Source of the DNA: Eledone cirrhosa | Taxonomy: Eukaryota | Reading direction: 5' to 3' | DNA: 64,000 bases | Assembly (NCBI GenBank): GCA_964016885.1 | Contig: OZ024757.1 | Location: 14,818,001 to 14,882,000 of the forward strand | In this document: one piece after another, positions 13,001 to 27,297 of the stretch | Position numbering within the stretch: position 1 is the stretch's first letter | Layout of the letters: each line of letters opens with the position of its first letter | Position numbers and translations under genes: made by a program | The notes under the pieces: generated by a model | What the model saw: only the letters and a program-made list of their open reading frames with translations | Database searches by the model: none | Told to the model about the DNA's origin: nothing

Positions 13001-16000
13001 GGATGGAAGGAGAGAGAGAAAGAGGGATGGAAGGAGAGAGAGAAAGAGGGATGGAAGGAGAGAGATAGAGCGGGATGGCTGGAGAGGGATGGCTGGGGAG
13101 AGAGAGAGAGAGAGATGGATAGAGAGACAGAGGGATGGAGAGAGAGAGAGGGGCGGATAGAGAGAGAGGGATGGGTGGATGGATAGAAAGAGAGAGGGAC
13201 GGATGGATGGATAGAAAGAGAAAGGGATGGATAGAAGGAGAGATAGAGAGAGAGAGAGGGATGGATGGAAAAAGCGAGGGATGGCTGGATAGAGGGATGG
13301 ATGGATGGATAGAGAGAGCGGGACGATAGAGAGAGAGAGGGATGGAAGGAGAGAGAGAGAGGGATGGAGAGGGATGGCTGGGGAGAGAGAGAGAGAGATG
13401 GATAGAGAGACAGAGGGATGGAGAGAGAGAGAGGGGCGGATAGAGAGACAGAGGGATGGAGAGAGAGAGAGGGGCGGATAGAGAGAGAGGGACGGATGGA
13501 TGGATAGAAAGAGAAAGGGATGGCTAGAAGGAGAGATAGAGAGGGATGGATGGAAAGAGAGAGGGATGGAGGGATGGATGGAAAGAGAGAGGGATGGAAG
13601 GAGAGAGAGAGGGAGCGGGATGGAAGGAGAGAGAGAGGGAGCGGGATGGATGGAGAGAGAGAGGGAGCGGGATGGATGGAGAGAGAGCGGGATGGCTGGA
13701 GAGGGAGAGATGGATAGAGAGAGAGACAGAGGGATGGAGAGGGACGGATGGATGGATAGAGAGAGAGGGACGGATGGATGGATAGAGAGAGAGGGACGGA
13801 TGGATGGATAGAGAGAGAGGGACGGATGGATGGATAGAAAGAGAAAGGGATGGATAGAAGGAGAGATAGAGAGAGAAAGGGATGGATAGAAGGAGAGATA
13901 GAGAGGGATGGATGGAAAGAGAGAGGGATGGAGGGATGGATGGAAAGAGAGAGGGATGGAAGGAGAGAGAGAGGGAGCGGGATGGAAGGAGAGAGAGAGG
14001 GAGAGAGGGATGGAAGGAGAGAGAGAGAGAGAGAGAGATGGAAAGAGAGAGGGATGGATGGATAGAGAGAGAGAGAGAGGGATGGATGGATAGAGAGAGA
14101 GAGAGAGGGATGGATGGATAGAGAGAGAGAGGGATGGATGGATGGATAGAGAGAGAGAGAGATGGATGGATAGAGAGAGAGAGGGATGGAAGGAGAGAGA
14201 GCGGGATGGAAGGAGAGAGAGAGAGAGAGCGGGATGGCTGGGGAGAGAGAGAGAGAGATGGATAGAGAGACAGAGGGATGGAGAGACAGAGGGGCGGATA
14301 GAGAGAGAGGGACGGATAGAAAGAGAAAGGGATGGATAGAAGGATAGAGAGAGAGAGGGATGGATGGAAAGAGAGAGGGATGGAGAGGGATGGAAAGAGA
14401 GAGAGGGATGGATGGATAGAGAGAGCGGGACGGATAGAGAGAGAGAGGGATGGAAGGAGAGACTGAGATGAAACGATAGAGAGAGAGTGGAAACGATAAA
14501 GTGACAGAGAGAGTGATATAACGAGAGAGAGAGGTGAAACGAGAGAGAGAGAGAGAGAGAGATAAATGAAACGAAAGAGATGAAACGAGAGAGAGGGATG
14601 GATAGAGAGAGGGAAGGAGAGAGAGAGAGAGAGAGAGGGACGGATAGAGAGAGAGAGGGATGGAGAGAGAGGGAAGGATAGAGAGAGAGAGTGAGACGGA
14701 TGTAGCGAGTGAGAGGGGTGGATAGGAGAGAGAGGGATGGAGAGAGAGGGACGGAAGGATAGATGGATGGATAGAGAGAGAGAGGGATGGAAGGAGAGAG
14801 AGGGATAGAGAGAGAGGGACGGAAGGATGGATAGAGAATTGGATGGAGAGAGAGGGATGGATAGATGGAGGGATGGATGGATGGAGAGAGAGTGAGACGG
14901 ATGTAGCGAGCGAGGGCGGGATGGAAGGAGAGAGAGAGATGGATAGAGAGAGAGATGGATGGAGAGAGAGACAGAGGGATGGATAGAGAGACAGAGGGAT
15001 GGAGAGAGAGACAGGGATGGAGAGAGAGAGGGGCGGATAGAGAGAGAGGGACGGATGGATGGATAGAAAGGGATGGATAGAGAGAGAGAGAGAGGGATGG
15101 AAAGAGAGAGAGAGGGATGGAAAGAGAGAGAGAGAGAGGGACGGATGGATGGATGGATAGAGAGAGGGATGGATGGATGGATAGAGAGAGGGATGGAAAG
15201 AGAGAGAGAGAGGGACGGATGGATGGATAGAAAGGGATGGATAGAGAGAGAAAGGGATGGATAGAGAGAGATTGAGAGAGAGAGTGAGAGGGATGGATGG
15301 AAGGAGAGAGAGGGATGGAAGGAGAGAGAGGGATGGATGTAGAGAGATTGATGGAGAGAGGGAGAGTGATGGATGGAGAGAGAGAGAGGGATGGATGGAT
15401 GGATGGGTAGAGAGAGGGACGGATAGAGAGAGGAATGGATGGATGGAGAGGGACGGATAGAGAGAGGAATGGATGGATGGAGAGGGACGGATAGAGAGAG
15501 GAATGGATGGATGGAGAGGGACGGATAGAGAGAGAGAGGGATGGAAGGAGAGAGAGAGAGAGAGGTGGATGGAGAGAGCGGGACGGATAGAGAGAGAGAG
15601 GGATGGGGAGAGAGAGAGAGATGGATAGAGAGACAGAGGGATGGAGAGAGAGGGGCGGATAGAGAGAGAGGGATGGATGGATGGATAGAAAGAGAAAGGG
15701 ATGGAGAGAAGGAGAGATAGAGGGATGGATGGAAAGAGAGAGAGGGATGGAGAGGGATGGAAAGAGAGAGAGAGCGGGATGGAAGGAGAGAGAGATGGAT
15801 AGAGAGACAGGGACGGATGGATGGATAGAAAGAGAAAGGGATGGATAGAAGGAGAGAGAAAGGGATGGATAGAAGGAGAGAGAGAGGGATGGATGGAGAG
15901 AGAGATGGAGGGATGGATGGAGAGAGAGATGGATGGATGGATGGATAGAGAGAGCGGGACGGATAGAGAGAGAGAAAGAGGGATGGAAGGAGAGAGATAG

Positions 16001-19000
16001 AGCGGGATGGCTGGAGAGGGATGGCTGGGGAGAGAGAGAGAGAGATGGATAGAGAGACAGAGGGATGGAGAGAGAGAGAGGGGCGGATAGAGAGAGAGGG
16101 ATGGATGGATGGATAGAAAGAGAGAGGGACGGATGGATGGATAGAAAGAGAAAGGGATGGATAGAAGGAGAGATAGAGAGATAGAGAGAGGGATGGATGG
16201 AAAAAGCGAGGGATGGCTGGATAGAGGGATGGATGGATGGATAGAGAGAGCGGGACGATAGAGAGAGAGAGGGATGGAAGGAGAGAGAGAGAGAGAGCGG
16301 GATGGCTGGAGAGGGATGGCTGGGGAGAGAGAGAGAGAGATGGATAGAGAGACAGAGGGATGGAGAGAGAGAGAGAGAGGAGCGGATAGAGAGAGAGAGA
16401 GGAGCGGATAGAGAGAGAGGGACGGATGGATGGATAGAAAGAGAAAGGGATGGCTAGAAGGAGAGATAGAGAGGGATGGATGGAAAGAGAGAGGGATGGA
16501 GGGATGGATGGAAAGAGAGAGGGATGGAGGGATGGATGGAAAGAGAGAGGGATGGAGGGATGGATGGAAAGAGAGAGGGATGGAAGGAGAGAGAGAGGGA
16601 TGGCTGGAGAGGGAGAGATGGATAGAGAGAGAGACAGAGGGATGGAGAGGGACGGATGGATGGATAGAGAGAGAGGGACGGATGGATGGATAGAGAGAGA
16701 GGGACGGATGGATGGATAGAGAGAGAGGGACGGATGGATGGATAGAAAGAGAAAGGGATGGATAGAAGGAGAGATAGAGAGAGAAAGGGATGGATAGAAG
16801 GAGAGATAGAGAGGGATGGATAGAAGGAGAGATAGAGAGGGATGGATGGAAAGAGAGAGGGATGGAGGGATGGATGGAAAGAGAGAGGGATGGAAGGAGA
16901 GAGAGAGGGAGCGGGATGGATGGAGAGAGAGAGGGAGCGGGATGGATGGAGAGAGAGAGGGAGAGAGAGAGGTGGATGGAGAGAGAGAGCGGGATGGATG
17001 GAGAGAGAGAGCGGGATGGCTGGAGAGGGATGGCTGGATAGAGAGAGAGAGAGATGGATGGATGGATGGATAGAGAGAGCGGGACGGATAGAGAGAGAGA
17101 GATGGATAGAGAGAGAGAGGGAAGGATAGAGAGAGAGAGAGTGAGACGGATGTAGCGAGTGAGAGGGGTGGATAGGAGAGAGGGATGGAGAGAGAGGGAT
17201 GGAAGGATAGATGGATGGATGGAGAGAGAGGGACGGAAGGATAGATGGATGGATAGAGAGAGAGAGGGATGGAAGGATGGATAGAGAATTGGATGGAGAG
17301 AGAGGGATGGATAGATGGAGAGAGAGAAGGATAGAGAGAGCGATGGATGGATAGAGGGATGGATGGATAGATAGAGAGAGCGGGACGGATAGAGAGAGCG
17401 GGATGGATGGATGGATAGAGAGAGAGAGAGAGATGGATAGAAGGAAGGAGAGGGAAGGATAGAGAGAGAGAAGGATAGAGAGAGAGAAGGATAGAGAGAG
17501 GGATGGAAGGAGAGAGAGAGAGGGATGGAAGGAGAGAGAGAGAGGGATGGATAGAGAGAGAGAGAGGGATGGAAGGAGAGAGAGGGATGGATGTAGAGAG
17601 ATTGATGGAGAGAGGGAGGTATGGAGAGTGATGGACGGAGAGAGAGAGATATGGATGGAGAGAGAGAGAGAGGTGGATGGAGAGAGAGAGGGGTGGATGG
17701 AGAGAGAGAGGGGTGGATGGAGAGAGAGAGAGGGGTGGATGGATGGATAGAGAAAGGAATGGATGGATGGAGAGAGAGAGGGATGGAAGGAGAGAGAGGG
17801 GATGGAAGGAGAGAGAGAGAGAGCGGGATGGCTGGAGAGAGAGCGGGATGGCTGGAGAGGGATGGCTGGAGAGGGATGGCTGGATAGAGAGAGCGGGACG
17901 GATAGAGAGAGAGAGGGATGGAAGGAGAGACTGAGATGAAACGATAGAGAGAGAGATGAAACGACAGACTGAGATGAAACGATAGAGAGAGAGAGTGATA
18001 TAACGAGAGAGAGAGGTGAAACGAGAGAGAGAGAGAGAGATAAATGAAACGAAAGAGATGAAACGAGAGAGAGGGATGGATAGAGAGAGAGAGAGATGGA
18101 TGGAGAGAGAGAGAGAGGGATGGATGGAGAGAGAGAGAGAGGGATGGATGGAGAGAGAGAGAGAGAGGGATGGAAGGAGAGAGAGAGGGATGGATGTAGA
18201 GAGAGGGACGGAAGGAGAGAGAGAGAGACAGGGACGGAGAGAGAGAGAGGGGTGGATAGAGAGAGGGACGGATAGAGAGCGAGAGAGAGGGATGGATGGA
18301 GAGAGAGTGAGACGGATGTAGCGAGTGATGGATGGATAGGAGAGAGAGGGATGGAGAGAGAGGGATGGAGAGAGAGGGATGGAGAGAGAGGGACGGAAGG
18401 ATAGATGGATGGATGGAGAGAGAGGGACGGAAGGATAGATGGATGGATAGAGAGAGAGAGGGATGGAAGGAGAGAGAGGGACGGAAGGATGGATAGAGAA
18501 TTGGATGGATAGATGGAGAGAGAGAAGGATAGAGAGAGCGATGGAGAGGGATGGATGGATAGATAGAGAGAGCGGGGCGGATAGAGAGAGCGGGAAGGCT
18601 GGAGAGGGATGGATGGGGAGAGAGAGAGAGGGATAGAGAGACAGAGGGATGGATAGAGAGACAGAGGGATGGATAGAGAGACAGAGGGATGGATAGAGAG
18701 ACAGAGGGATGGATAGAGAGACAGAGGGATGGATAGAGAGACAGAGGGAGGGATAGAGAGACAGAGGGAGGGATAGAGAGACAGAGGGAGGGATAGAGAG
18801 ACAGGGGGATGGATAGAGAGACAGGGGGATGGATAGAGAGACAGGGGGATGGATAGAGAGACAGGGGGATGGATAGAGAGACAGGGGGGCGGATAGAGAG
18901 ACAGGGGGGCGGATAGAGAGACAGGGGGGCGGATAGAGAGAGAGGGACGGATAGAGAGAGAGGGACGGATGGATGGATAGAAAGGGATGGATAGAGAGAG

Positions 19001-19113
19001 AGAGGGATGGAAAGAGAGAGAGAGAGGGATGGAAAGAGAGAGGGATGGAAAGAGAGAGAGAGAGGGATGGAAAGAGAGAGAGAGGGATGGAAAGAGAGAG
19101 AGAGAGAGAGAGG

Positions 19114-19152
<39 letters not shown>

Positions 19153-22100
19153 AGAGGGGCGGATAGAGAGAGAGGGACGGATGGATGGATAGAAAGAGAA
19201 AGGGATGGATAGAAGGAGAGATAGAGAGAGAGAGGGATGGATGGAAAGAGCGAGGGATGGATGGATAGAGGGATGGATGGACGGATAGAGAGAGAGCGGG
19301 ACGGGTAGAGAGAGAGAGCGGTACGGATAGAGAGAGCGGGACGGATAGAGAGAGAGAGAGAGCGGGACGGATAGAGAGAGAGATGGATAGAGAGACAGAG
19401 GGATGGAGAGACAGAGAGGGGCGGATAGAGAGAGAGGGACGGATGGATGGATAGAAAGAGAAAGGGATGGATAGAAGGAGAGATAGAGAGAGAGAGAGAG
19501 GGATGGAAGGCGAGAGAGCGGGACGGATAGAGCGGGATGGCTGGAGAGGGAGAGATGGATAGAGAGAGAGATAGATGGATAGAGAGACAGAGGGGCGGAG
19601 AGAGAGGGACGGATGGATGGATAGAAAGAGAAAGGGATGGATGGATGGAAAGAGAGAGGGATGGATGGAAAGAGAGAGGGATGGAGAGATGGATGGATGG
19701 ATAGAGAGAGAGGGGCGGATAGAGAGAGAGAGGGATGGCTGGGGAGAGAGAGAGAGAGAGATGGATAGGGAGAGAGAGAGAGAGGGGCGGATAGAGAGAG
19801 AGGGACGGATGGATGGAGAGGGATGGATGGATGGATAGAGAGGGATGGATGGATAGAGAGAGCGGGATGGAAGGAGAGAGAGCGGGATGGAAGGAGAGAG
19901 AGAGAGAGAGAGCGGGATGGCTGGGGAGAGAGATGGATAGAGAGAGAGGGGGATGGAGAGGGATGGATGGATAGAGAGAGAGGGGGATGGAGAGGGATGG
20001 ATGGAAAGAGAGAGAGAGGGACGGAAAGAGAGAGAGAGGGATGGAAGGAGAGAGAGAGGGATGGAAGGAGAGAGAGGGACGGAAGGAGAGAGAGGGATGG
20101 AAGGAGAGAGAGGGACGGAAGGAGAGAGAGGGATGGATAGAGAGAGCGGGATGGCTGGAGAGGGATGGATAGAGAGAGAGAGAGGGATGGATAGAGAGAG
20201 GGATGGATAGAGAGAGGGATGGATAGAGAGACAGAGGGATGGAGAGAGAGAGGGGCGGATAGAGAGAGAGGGACGGATGGATGGATAGAAAGGGATGGAT
20301 AGAGAGAGAGAGAGAGAGATGGAGAGAGAGAGGGATGGAGAGAGAGAGGGATGGAGAGAGAGAGGGATGGAGAGAGAGAGGGGCGGATAGAGAGAGAGGG
20401 ACGGATGGATGGATAGAGAGAGAAAGGGATGGATAGAGAGAGAGAGGGATGGATAGAAGGAAGGAGAGGGAAGGATAGAGAGAGGGATGGAAGGAGAGAG
20501 AGAGAGGGATGGATAGAGAGAGAGAGGGATGGAAGGACAGAGAGAGAGAGAGAGAGAGGGGTGGATGGATGGATAGAGAGGGATGGATGGATAGAGAAAG
20601 GGATGGATGGAGAGAGAGAGAGGGATGGAAGGAGAGAGAGAGCGGGATGGAAGGAGAGAGAGCGGGATGGCTGGATAGGGATGGCTGGATAGAGGGATGG
20701 ATGGATGGATAGAGAGAGCGGGACGGATAGAGAGAGAGAGGGATGGAAGGAGAGACTGAGATGAAACGATAGAGAGAGAGAGGGATGGAAGGAGAGACTG
20801 AGATGAAACGATAGAGAGAGAGAGACAGATGAAACGATAGAGAGAGAGTGGAAACGATAAAGTGAGAGAGATGAAACGATAGAGAGAGTGGAAACGATAA
20901 AGTGAGAGTGATATAACGAGAGAGAGAGGTGAAACGAGAGAGAGAGAGAGAGAAATGAAACGAAAGAGATGAAACGAGAGAGAGGGATGGATAGAGAGAG
21001 AGAGGGATGGAAGGAGAGAGAGAGAGAGGGACGGAGAGAGAGAGGGATGGAAGGAGAGAGAGAGAGGGACGGAGAGAGAGAGGGACGGAGAGAGAGAGGG
21101 ACGGAGAGAGAGAGAGGGGTGGATAGGAGAGAGAGGGATGGAGAGAGAGAGGGATGGAGAGAGGGACGGAAGGATAGATGGAGAGAGAGGGACGGAAGGA
21201 TAGATGGAGAGAGAGGGACGGAAGGATAGATGGATGGATAGAGAGAGAGGGATGGAAGGAGAGAGGGACGGAAGGATGGATAGAGAATTGGATGGAGAGA
21301 GAGGGATGGATAGATGGAGAGAGAGAAGGATAGAGAGAGCGATGGAGAGGGATGGATGGATAGAGGGATGGATGGATAGATAGAGGGCGCGGGACGGATA
21401 GAGAGAGCGGGATGGCTGGAGAGGGATGGATAGAGAAAGAGAGAGGGATGGAAAGAGAGAGAGAGATGGAGAGAGAGAGGCATGGAAGGAGAGAGAGAGA
21501 GAGAGATGGATAGAGAGAGAGAGGGATGGATGTAGAGAGATTGATGGAGAGAGGGAGGTATGGAGAGAGGGAGAGTGATGGATGGAGAGAGAGAGAGAGA
21601 GAGAGGTGGATGGAGAGAGAGAGAGAGAGAGAGAGGTGGATGGATGGATAGAGAGGGATGGAGAAAGGAATGGATGGATGGAGAGGGAGAGGGATGGAAG
21701 GAGAGAGAGGGATGGAAGGAGAGAGAGCGGGATGGCTGGATAGAGAGAGAGAGAGAGATGGAGAGGGATGGATGGATAGAGTGATGGATGGATGGATAGA
21801 GAGAGCGGGACGGATAGAGAGAGAGAGGGATGGAAGGAGAGAGAGAGAGCGGGATGGAAGGAGAGGGATGGCTGGGGAGAGAGAGAGAGAGATAGAGAGA
21901 CAGAGGGATGGAGAGACAGTGGGATGGAGAGAGAGGGGCGGATAGAGAGAGAGGGACGGATGGATGGATAGAAAGAGAAAGGGATGGATAGAAGGAGAGA
22001 GAGAGGGATGGATGGAAAGAGAGAGAGAGAGAGGGGCGGATGGAAAGAGGGATGGATAGAGGGATGGATGGATGGATAGAGAGCGGGACGGATAGAGAGA

Positions 22101-23140
22101 GAGAGAAAGAGGGAAGGAAGGAGAGAGATAGAGTGGGATGGCTGGAGAGGGATGGCTGGGTAGAGAGAGAGAGGGGCGGATAGAGAGAGAGGGACGGATG
22201 GATGGATAGAAAGAGAAAGGGATGGATAGAAGGAGAGAGAGAGGGATGGATGGAAAGAGAGAGAGAGAGAGGGATGGATGGAAAGAGGGATGGATGGAGG
22301 GATGGATGGATGGATAGAGAGAGCGGGACGGATAGAGAGAGAGAGCGGGACGGATAGAGAGAGAGAGCGGGACGCATAGAGAGGGATGGCTGGGGAGAGA
22401 GATGGATAGAGAGACAGAGGGATGGAGAGAGAGAGAGGGGCGGATAGAGAGAGAGGTACGGATGGATGGATAGAAAGAGAAAGGGGTGGATAGAAGGAGA
22501 GATAGAGAGAGAGAGGGATGGATGGAAAGAGAGAGAGAGAGGGATGGAAGGAGAGAGAGAGGGATGGAAGGAGAGAGAGCGGGATGGCTGGAGAGGGATG
22601 GCTGGGGAGGGAGAGAGAGAGAGAGAGATGGATAGAGAGAGATTGAGAGAGAGAGGGACGGATGGATGGATAGAAAGAGATGGATAGAAAGAGATGGATA
22701 GAAGGAGATATATAGAGAGAGAGGGATGGATGGAAAGAGGGATGGATGGAAAGAGAGAGGGATGGAAAGAGAGAGAGGGATGGAGAGAGGGATGGAAAGA
22801 GAGAGGCGGACGGATGTAGAGAGAGAGAGAGAGAGAGAGGGATAGAGAGAGGCGGACGGATGTAGAGAGAGAGAGAGAGAGAGGGATGGAAGGAGAGAGG
22901 GATGGAGAGAGGGGGATGGATAGAGAGAGAGAGGGATGGAGAGGGAGAGAGAGGGATGGAGAGGGTGAGAGGGATGGATGGAGAGAGAGGGATGGATGGA
23001 GAGAGAGAGGGATGAATGGAGAGAGAGAGGGATGAATGGAGAGACAGAGGGATGGATGGAGAGAGAGAGGGATGGATGGAGAGAGAGAGGGATGGATGGA
23101 GTGAGAGAGGGATGAATGGAGAGAGGGATGAATGAAATAG
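10030..23140 (+). repeat. 13-kb complex polypurine satellite ((GA)n interleaved with GGAT/GGAC/GGAA), with higher-order internal duplications
   Basis: Seen directly; distinctive marker strings recur at roughly 3-kb spacing. Confidence 0.97.
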
Positions 23141-23269
23141 AAAAACATGTAAGACTTACCCATATGTGATGTCAAATAAAGTTTGACAGTACTCTTAGAT
23201 TTTACAATTATAGCAATGGCTCGACATGATAACTACACAAGATAGAAAATATACAGAAACTAATATAAT

Positions 23270-23385
23270 TGTTTCTACTTTTGGCACAAGTTCAGCTATA
23301 ACTCAGTGTATTACTGGTACTTTATTTTATCGACCCTGTAAGGATGAAAGTTAACCACGGCGGGATTTGAACTCAGAATGGAAAG
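23270..23385 (-). mobile_element. Degraded tRNA-derived SINE (same family as 320-517)
   Basis: Reverse complement of GAGTTCAAATCCCGCC...GTCGATAAAATAAAGTACCAGT...TGTGCCAAAAGTAGAAAC. Confidence 0.75.
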
Positions 23386-23419
23386 GGGCATAATTCTATA
23401 CGTCAAATCATGGCGTCCG

Positions 23420-23676
<257 letters not shown>

Positions 23677-23944
23677 TAAGCCGTTCCCTTTTTAATTTGA
23701 GAAATAGGACAGAATCCAAACCCCATTTATAAGCCATGGTGGCTAATCAACACAGATGACAGTTTTAAATTCTCATGAGTGGAGAATATATTTATGAAGT
23801 TTTAATATTTTGATATTTAAAATGTTTTAAGTGACATTTAGAGTATAGTTTTTATTTCACTTCATTATGTAATGAGTTACCATTTTCTGATTGTTTTCAA
23901 GGTCATATTCATTAAAAACATCAAAAATAATAGCAAATATAAAT

Positions 23945-24815
23945 TTCACCTCCAAAGTGAAACTGGTGTAATATTCCAAAGTGAAACTGGTGTAGTATAT
24001 TCACATCCAAAGTGAAAAACTGGTGTAATATTCCAAAGTGAAACTGGTGTAATATTCCAAAGTGTAAACTGGTGTAATATTCCAAAGTGTAAACTGGTGT
24101 AATATTCCAAAGTGAAACTGGTGTAATATTCACCTCCAACGTGAAACTGGTGTAATATTCTCCTCCAACGTGAAACTGGTGTAGTATATTCACATCCAAA
24201 GTGAAAAACTGGTGTAATATTCCAAAGTGAAACTGGTGTAATATTCCAAAGTGTAAACTGGTGTAATATTCACCTCCAAAGTGAAACTCGTGTAATATAT
24301 CCACCTCCAAAGTGAAACTGCTGTAATATATCCACCTCCAAAGTGAAACTGGTGTAATATTCCAAAGTGAAACTGGTGTAGTATATTCACATCCAAAGTG
24401 AAAAACTAGTGTAATATTCCAAAGTGTAAACTGGTGTAATATTCCAAAGTGTAAACTGGTGTAATATTCCAAAGTGTAAACTGGTGTAATATTCACTTCC
24501 AAAGTGAAACTGGTGCAATATTCACCTCCAAAGTGAAACTGGTGCAATATTCACCTCCAAAGTGAAACTGGTGTAATATTTCAAAGTGAAACTGGTGTAG
24601 TATATTCATATCCAAAGGGAAAAACTGGTGTAATATTCCAAAGTGAAACTGGTGTAATATTCCAAAGTGTAAACTGGTGTAATATTCCAAAGTGTAAACT
24701 GGTGTAATATTCCAAAGTGTAAACTGGTGTAATATTCACCTCCAAAGTGAAAAACTGGTGTAATATTCATCTTCAAAGTGAAACTGGTGCAACATTCATC
24801 TCCAAAGCGAAAATA
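23945..24815. repeat. Minisatellite with ~24-33-bp variant units (TCCAAAGTG[T]AAACTGGTGTAATAT[TCACC])
   Basis: About 30 tandem variant units visible. Confidence 0.97.
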
Positions 24816-25109
24816 TTTTAGCACCTCATTTACATATAATTTTTAAGTTGGTGAAATCAAAATATTGACCTCAAAGACAAGTCCTCCCCCCTATTTTACC
24901 ATCAATATCTTGTCACATTTTTCGACATATATACAAGTATATACAATATTTACTTTACATAAATTATCAAAAGATTTGCTATTTATGTAAACAGAATTAT
25001 CCGAAACTAAATCTAATAAAATTTCTTTTAATTAAATTTAAGAAAAAAATATAGTTTGAAAGAAAACTAGAGATCACTGCTCGGACCAAGGTGTAGGGGT
25101 CACGACATA

Positions 25110-25270
25110 CAAAGTGAGGTAAGCGTTTGGAAAGGCTTCCAGCTGTTAAAGCGAAGCCAAGATCAGTTCTGTATGAGCAAGACATGGTCACCTGACCTGG
25201 CATTGCCCACAATAGGACAACTCGTCTAACCCATGCTAGCGTAGAAAAATTGATATTAAATGGTGATTAT
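25110..25270 (+). mobile_element. RTE-type 3' tail (SINE or truncated LINE)
   Basis: TGCCCACAATAGGACAACTCGTCTAACCCATGCTAGCGT matches the tail family at 46500-46680, 50300-50390, 51720-51900 and the RTE 3' UTR near 63860-64000. Confidence 0.7.
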
Positions 25271-25273
25271 ATA

Positions 25274-25388
<115 letters not shown>

Positions 25389-25458
25389 GGGTTCAATCGA
25401 GGGGGAAACCACGGTAGCTAAAGTACTCAATACATTAGTAGAGTATATACAAAATATA

Positions 25459-25570
25459 ATATAGAAATAGCTTCTACAGGACTAGAACTGTTTCATTCGA
25501 AGGAAATCATCAGGAAAGCCCTGATTTCCCTGAAATGAAAGTTCTAGTCCTGTAGAAGCCATTTCTATAT
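25459..25570. repeat. Hairpin repeat, copy 3
   Basis: ATAGAAATAGCTTCTACAGGACTAGAAC ... GTTCTAGTCCTGTAGAAGCCATTTCTAT. Confidence 0.85.
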
Positions 25571-25574
25571 CATT

Positions 25575-26035
25575 CTGTTGACAAAGGGTTTCTCCCTACG
25601 AACGGAAGGCCAGTTATATGATGCTTGTGTGAGATGGGCAGCAACTGCGGAGGATATGCGACGGCTGGAGAGAAATGAATCAAGCATGCTCCGTTGGATG
25701 TGCAATGTCAACGTGTGTGAACGACCAAGTATAGACGAGTTGAAAAAGAAACTGGGTATAAGAGGGGTAAGTTGTGGTGTGCAGGAGAGAAGACTACGAT
25801 GGTATGGACATGTGATGCGCATGGAGGATGACCGCTGGGTAAAGAAGTGCCAAGAAATCCCAGTAGAAGGAAGATGCAGTAGAGGGAGACCACGAAAATC
25901 ATGGGCGGAAGTGGTGAGAGCTGACCTCAGATCGCTGAAGCTCACAGATGACGACCGAGGACAGTAACGATGGAGACATGCTGTGCTGAATAGGACCCGT
26001 CCCACCCTTGCAAGCAGGAAAAAGCAGACGTATGA
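25575..26035 (+). pseudogene. 3' fragment of an RTE-clade LINE ORF
   Basis: KGFSLRTEGQLYDAC...RRLERNESSMLRWMCN...ERRLRWYGHVMRM...RGRPRKSW is clearly paralogous to the C-terminus of the 644-aa RTE ORFs in this window. Confidence 0.92.
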
Positions 26036-26337
26036 AGATATATATATATATAAATAAGAATCAAATATACTACTTGACTAATATACTAATATGTATAGAT
26101 AATAAAGATATAACAAACCTGTTGGTATAAACATCAACACTGGTAGACTCCTTCAGTACAGGAGAGGGGCAGATGATACTCCTGGCTTGTGTTTGATCAA
26201 TAGCATCACTCCTTCCCTATGGCACATACATTTCTATTTGGTAGTGACCAGTTGTTTCCTCCTGCTAAGAAAGAAATACCACCAGGGGTCAGAAGGTTAA
26301 TTTATTAGTTTTATTTATTTAGTTTATGTATCATATA

Positions 26338-26417
26338 TAGGGTGTCCTCCCAAAAATGTATACACACTTCAACAATATTCTAATAAATTTGTGTATGCAT
26401 TTTTGGGGGTCACCCTG
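26338..26417. mobile_element. 80-bp Tc1/mariner-type MITE
   Basis: TIR-like (T/C)AGGGTGTCCTCCCAAAAATGTATACAC ... GTGTATGCATTTTTGGGGGTCACCCTG, flanked by TA. Confidence 0.7.
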
Positions 26418-26989
26418 TATTTGTGGCTGAATTTTTGGGGTGGTGGTGGGAGGTTATTGTGGCTGAGGGGAGGGAGAATGTAGATTGTGTGTGTGTGTGT
26501 TGACTGTCGACTGTGTGTGTGTGTAAGTAGAAGGGAGAGAGAACGTGAGATGGGAGAGAGACACATACATGTATGTGTGTCTCTCCCATCTATGTAGATA
26601 TAGAGTAATGTGAATGCAAAAGGGTTAAATACACACAAACACAAACATACATATACACAGCCTTAATATAAACCAACAATACTTACCATAGATATACAGT
26701 GTTGTTTACCATCTCCGGTCAGTTTAAACTGGAGATGGTAGACAGCCAGACCAATCTCAGAGATAATATTTACGATTATGTTGACAGGGCAAATGGCTGG
26801 GTATTTGTATGGTCAGCTAGAACAATGACGTCCCCTTCTGTAAGGTTGCCAGGACGGGTCTGGGTCACTACAAAATTAAAACAATATTTGTTATATGAAC
26901 AGTGTGTGTGTGTGTGTATGTGTGAGTAGGGGGTAATTTGTTGTGTGGGGTTAATTTAGAGAATATAGGGTTAACATCAACAATGTGGA

Positions 26990-27215
26990 GGTAATATGGC
27001 TAACATGAAGAGTGTGGTGGGGGAGGGGATAAACATGGCGAGAGTGTGGTGGAGGGCAAACATGGCGAGAGTGCGGTGGGGGTCAAACATGGTGAGAGTG
27101 TCGGGGGAAAACATGGCGAGTGTGTGTGTGTATGTGGGGGGGGGGCATGGAGAGAGTGGGGGAGGCGGGATAACATGGCGAGAGTGTGGGGGATAACATG
27201 GAGAGAGTGTGGGGG
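26990..27215. repeat. G-rich minisatellite (AACATGGCGAGAGTGTGGGGG-type unit, ~25-30 bp)
   Basis: About 8 degenerate tandem units. Confidence 0.85.
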
Positions 27216-27266
27216 CTTTTGAACAGGAGGGGATATCAGTATGCGTGTAGTTGTAGAAGGGTAACG

Positions 27267-27296
<30 letters not shown>

Positions 27297-27297
<1 letters not shown>

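Noticed and set aside
10006-23175. 4389-aa S/L/P/I/H-rich ORF on the minus strand, and the many E/R/G/W/M/D ORFs on plus
   Set aside because: The pyrimidine-rich strand almost lacks stop triplets, and the repeat phase drifts freely between frames (SIHP / FHPS / YPSI), so there is no sign of coding constraint; there is no ATG start either.
23945-24815. Regular ~24-33-bp repeats that superficially resemble a CRISPR array, with overlapping ORFs
   Set aside because: No unique spacers, no cas genes, eukaryotic context; a plain minisatellite.
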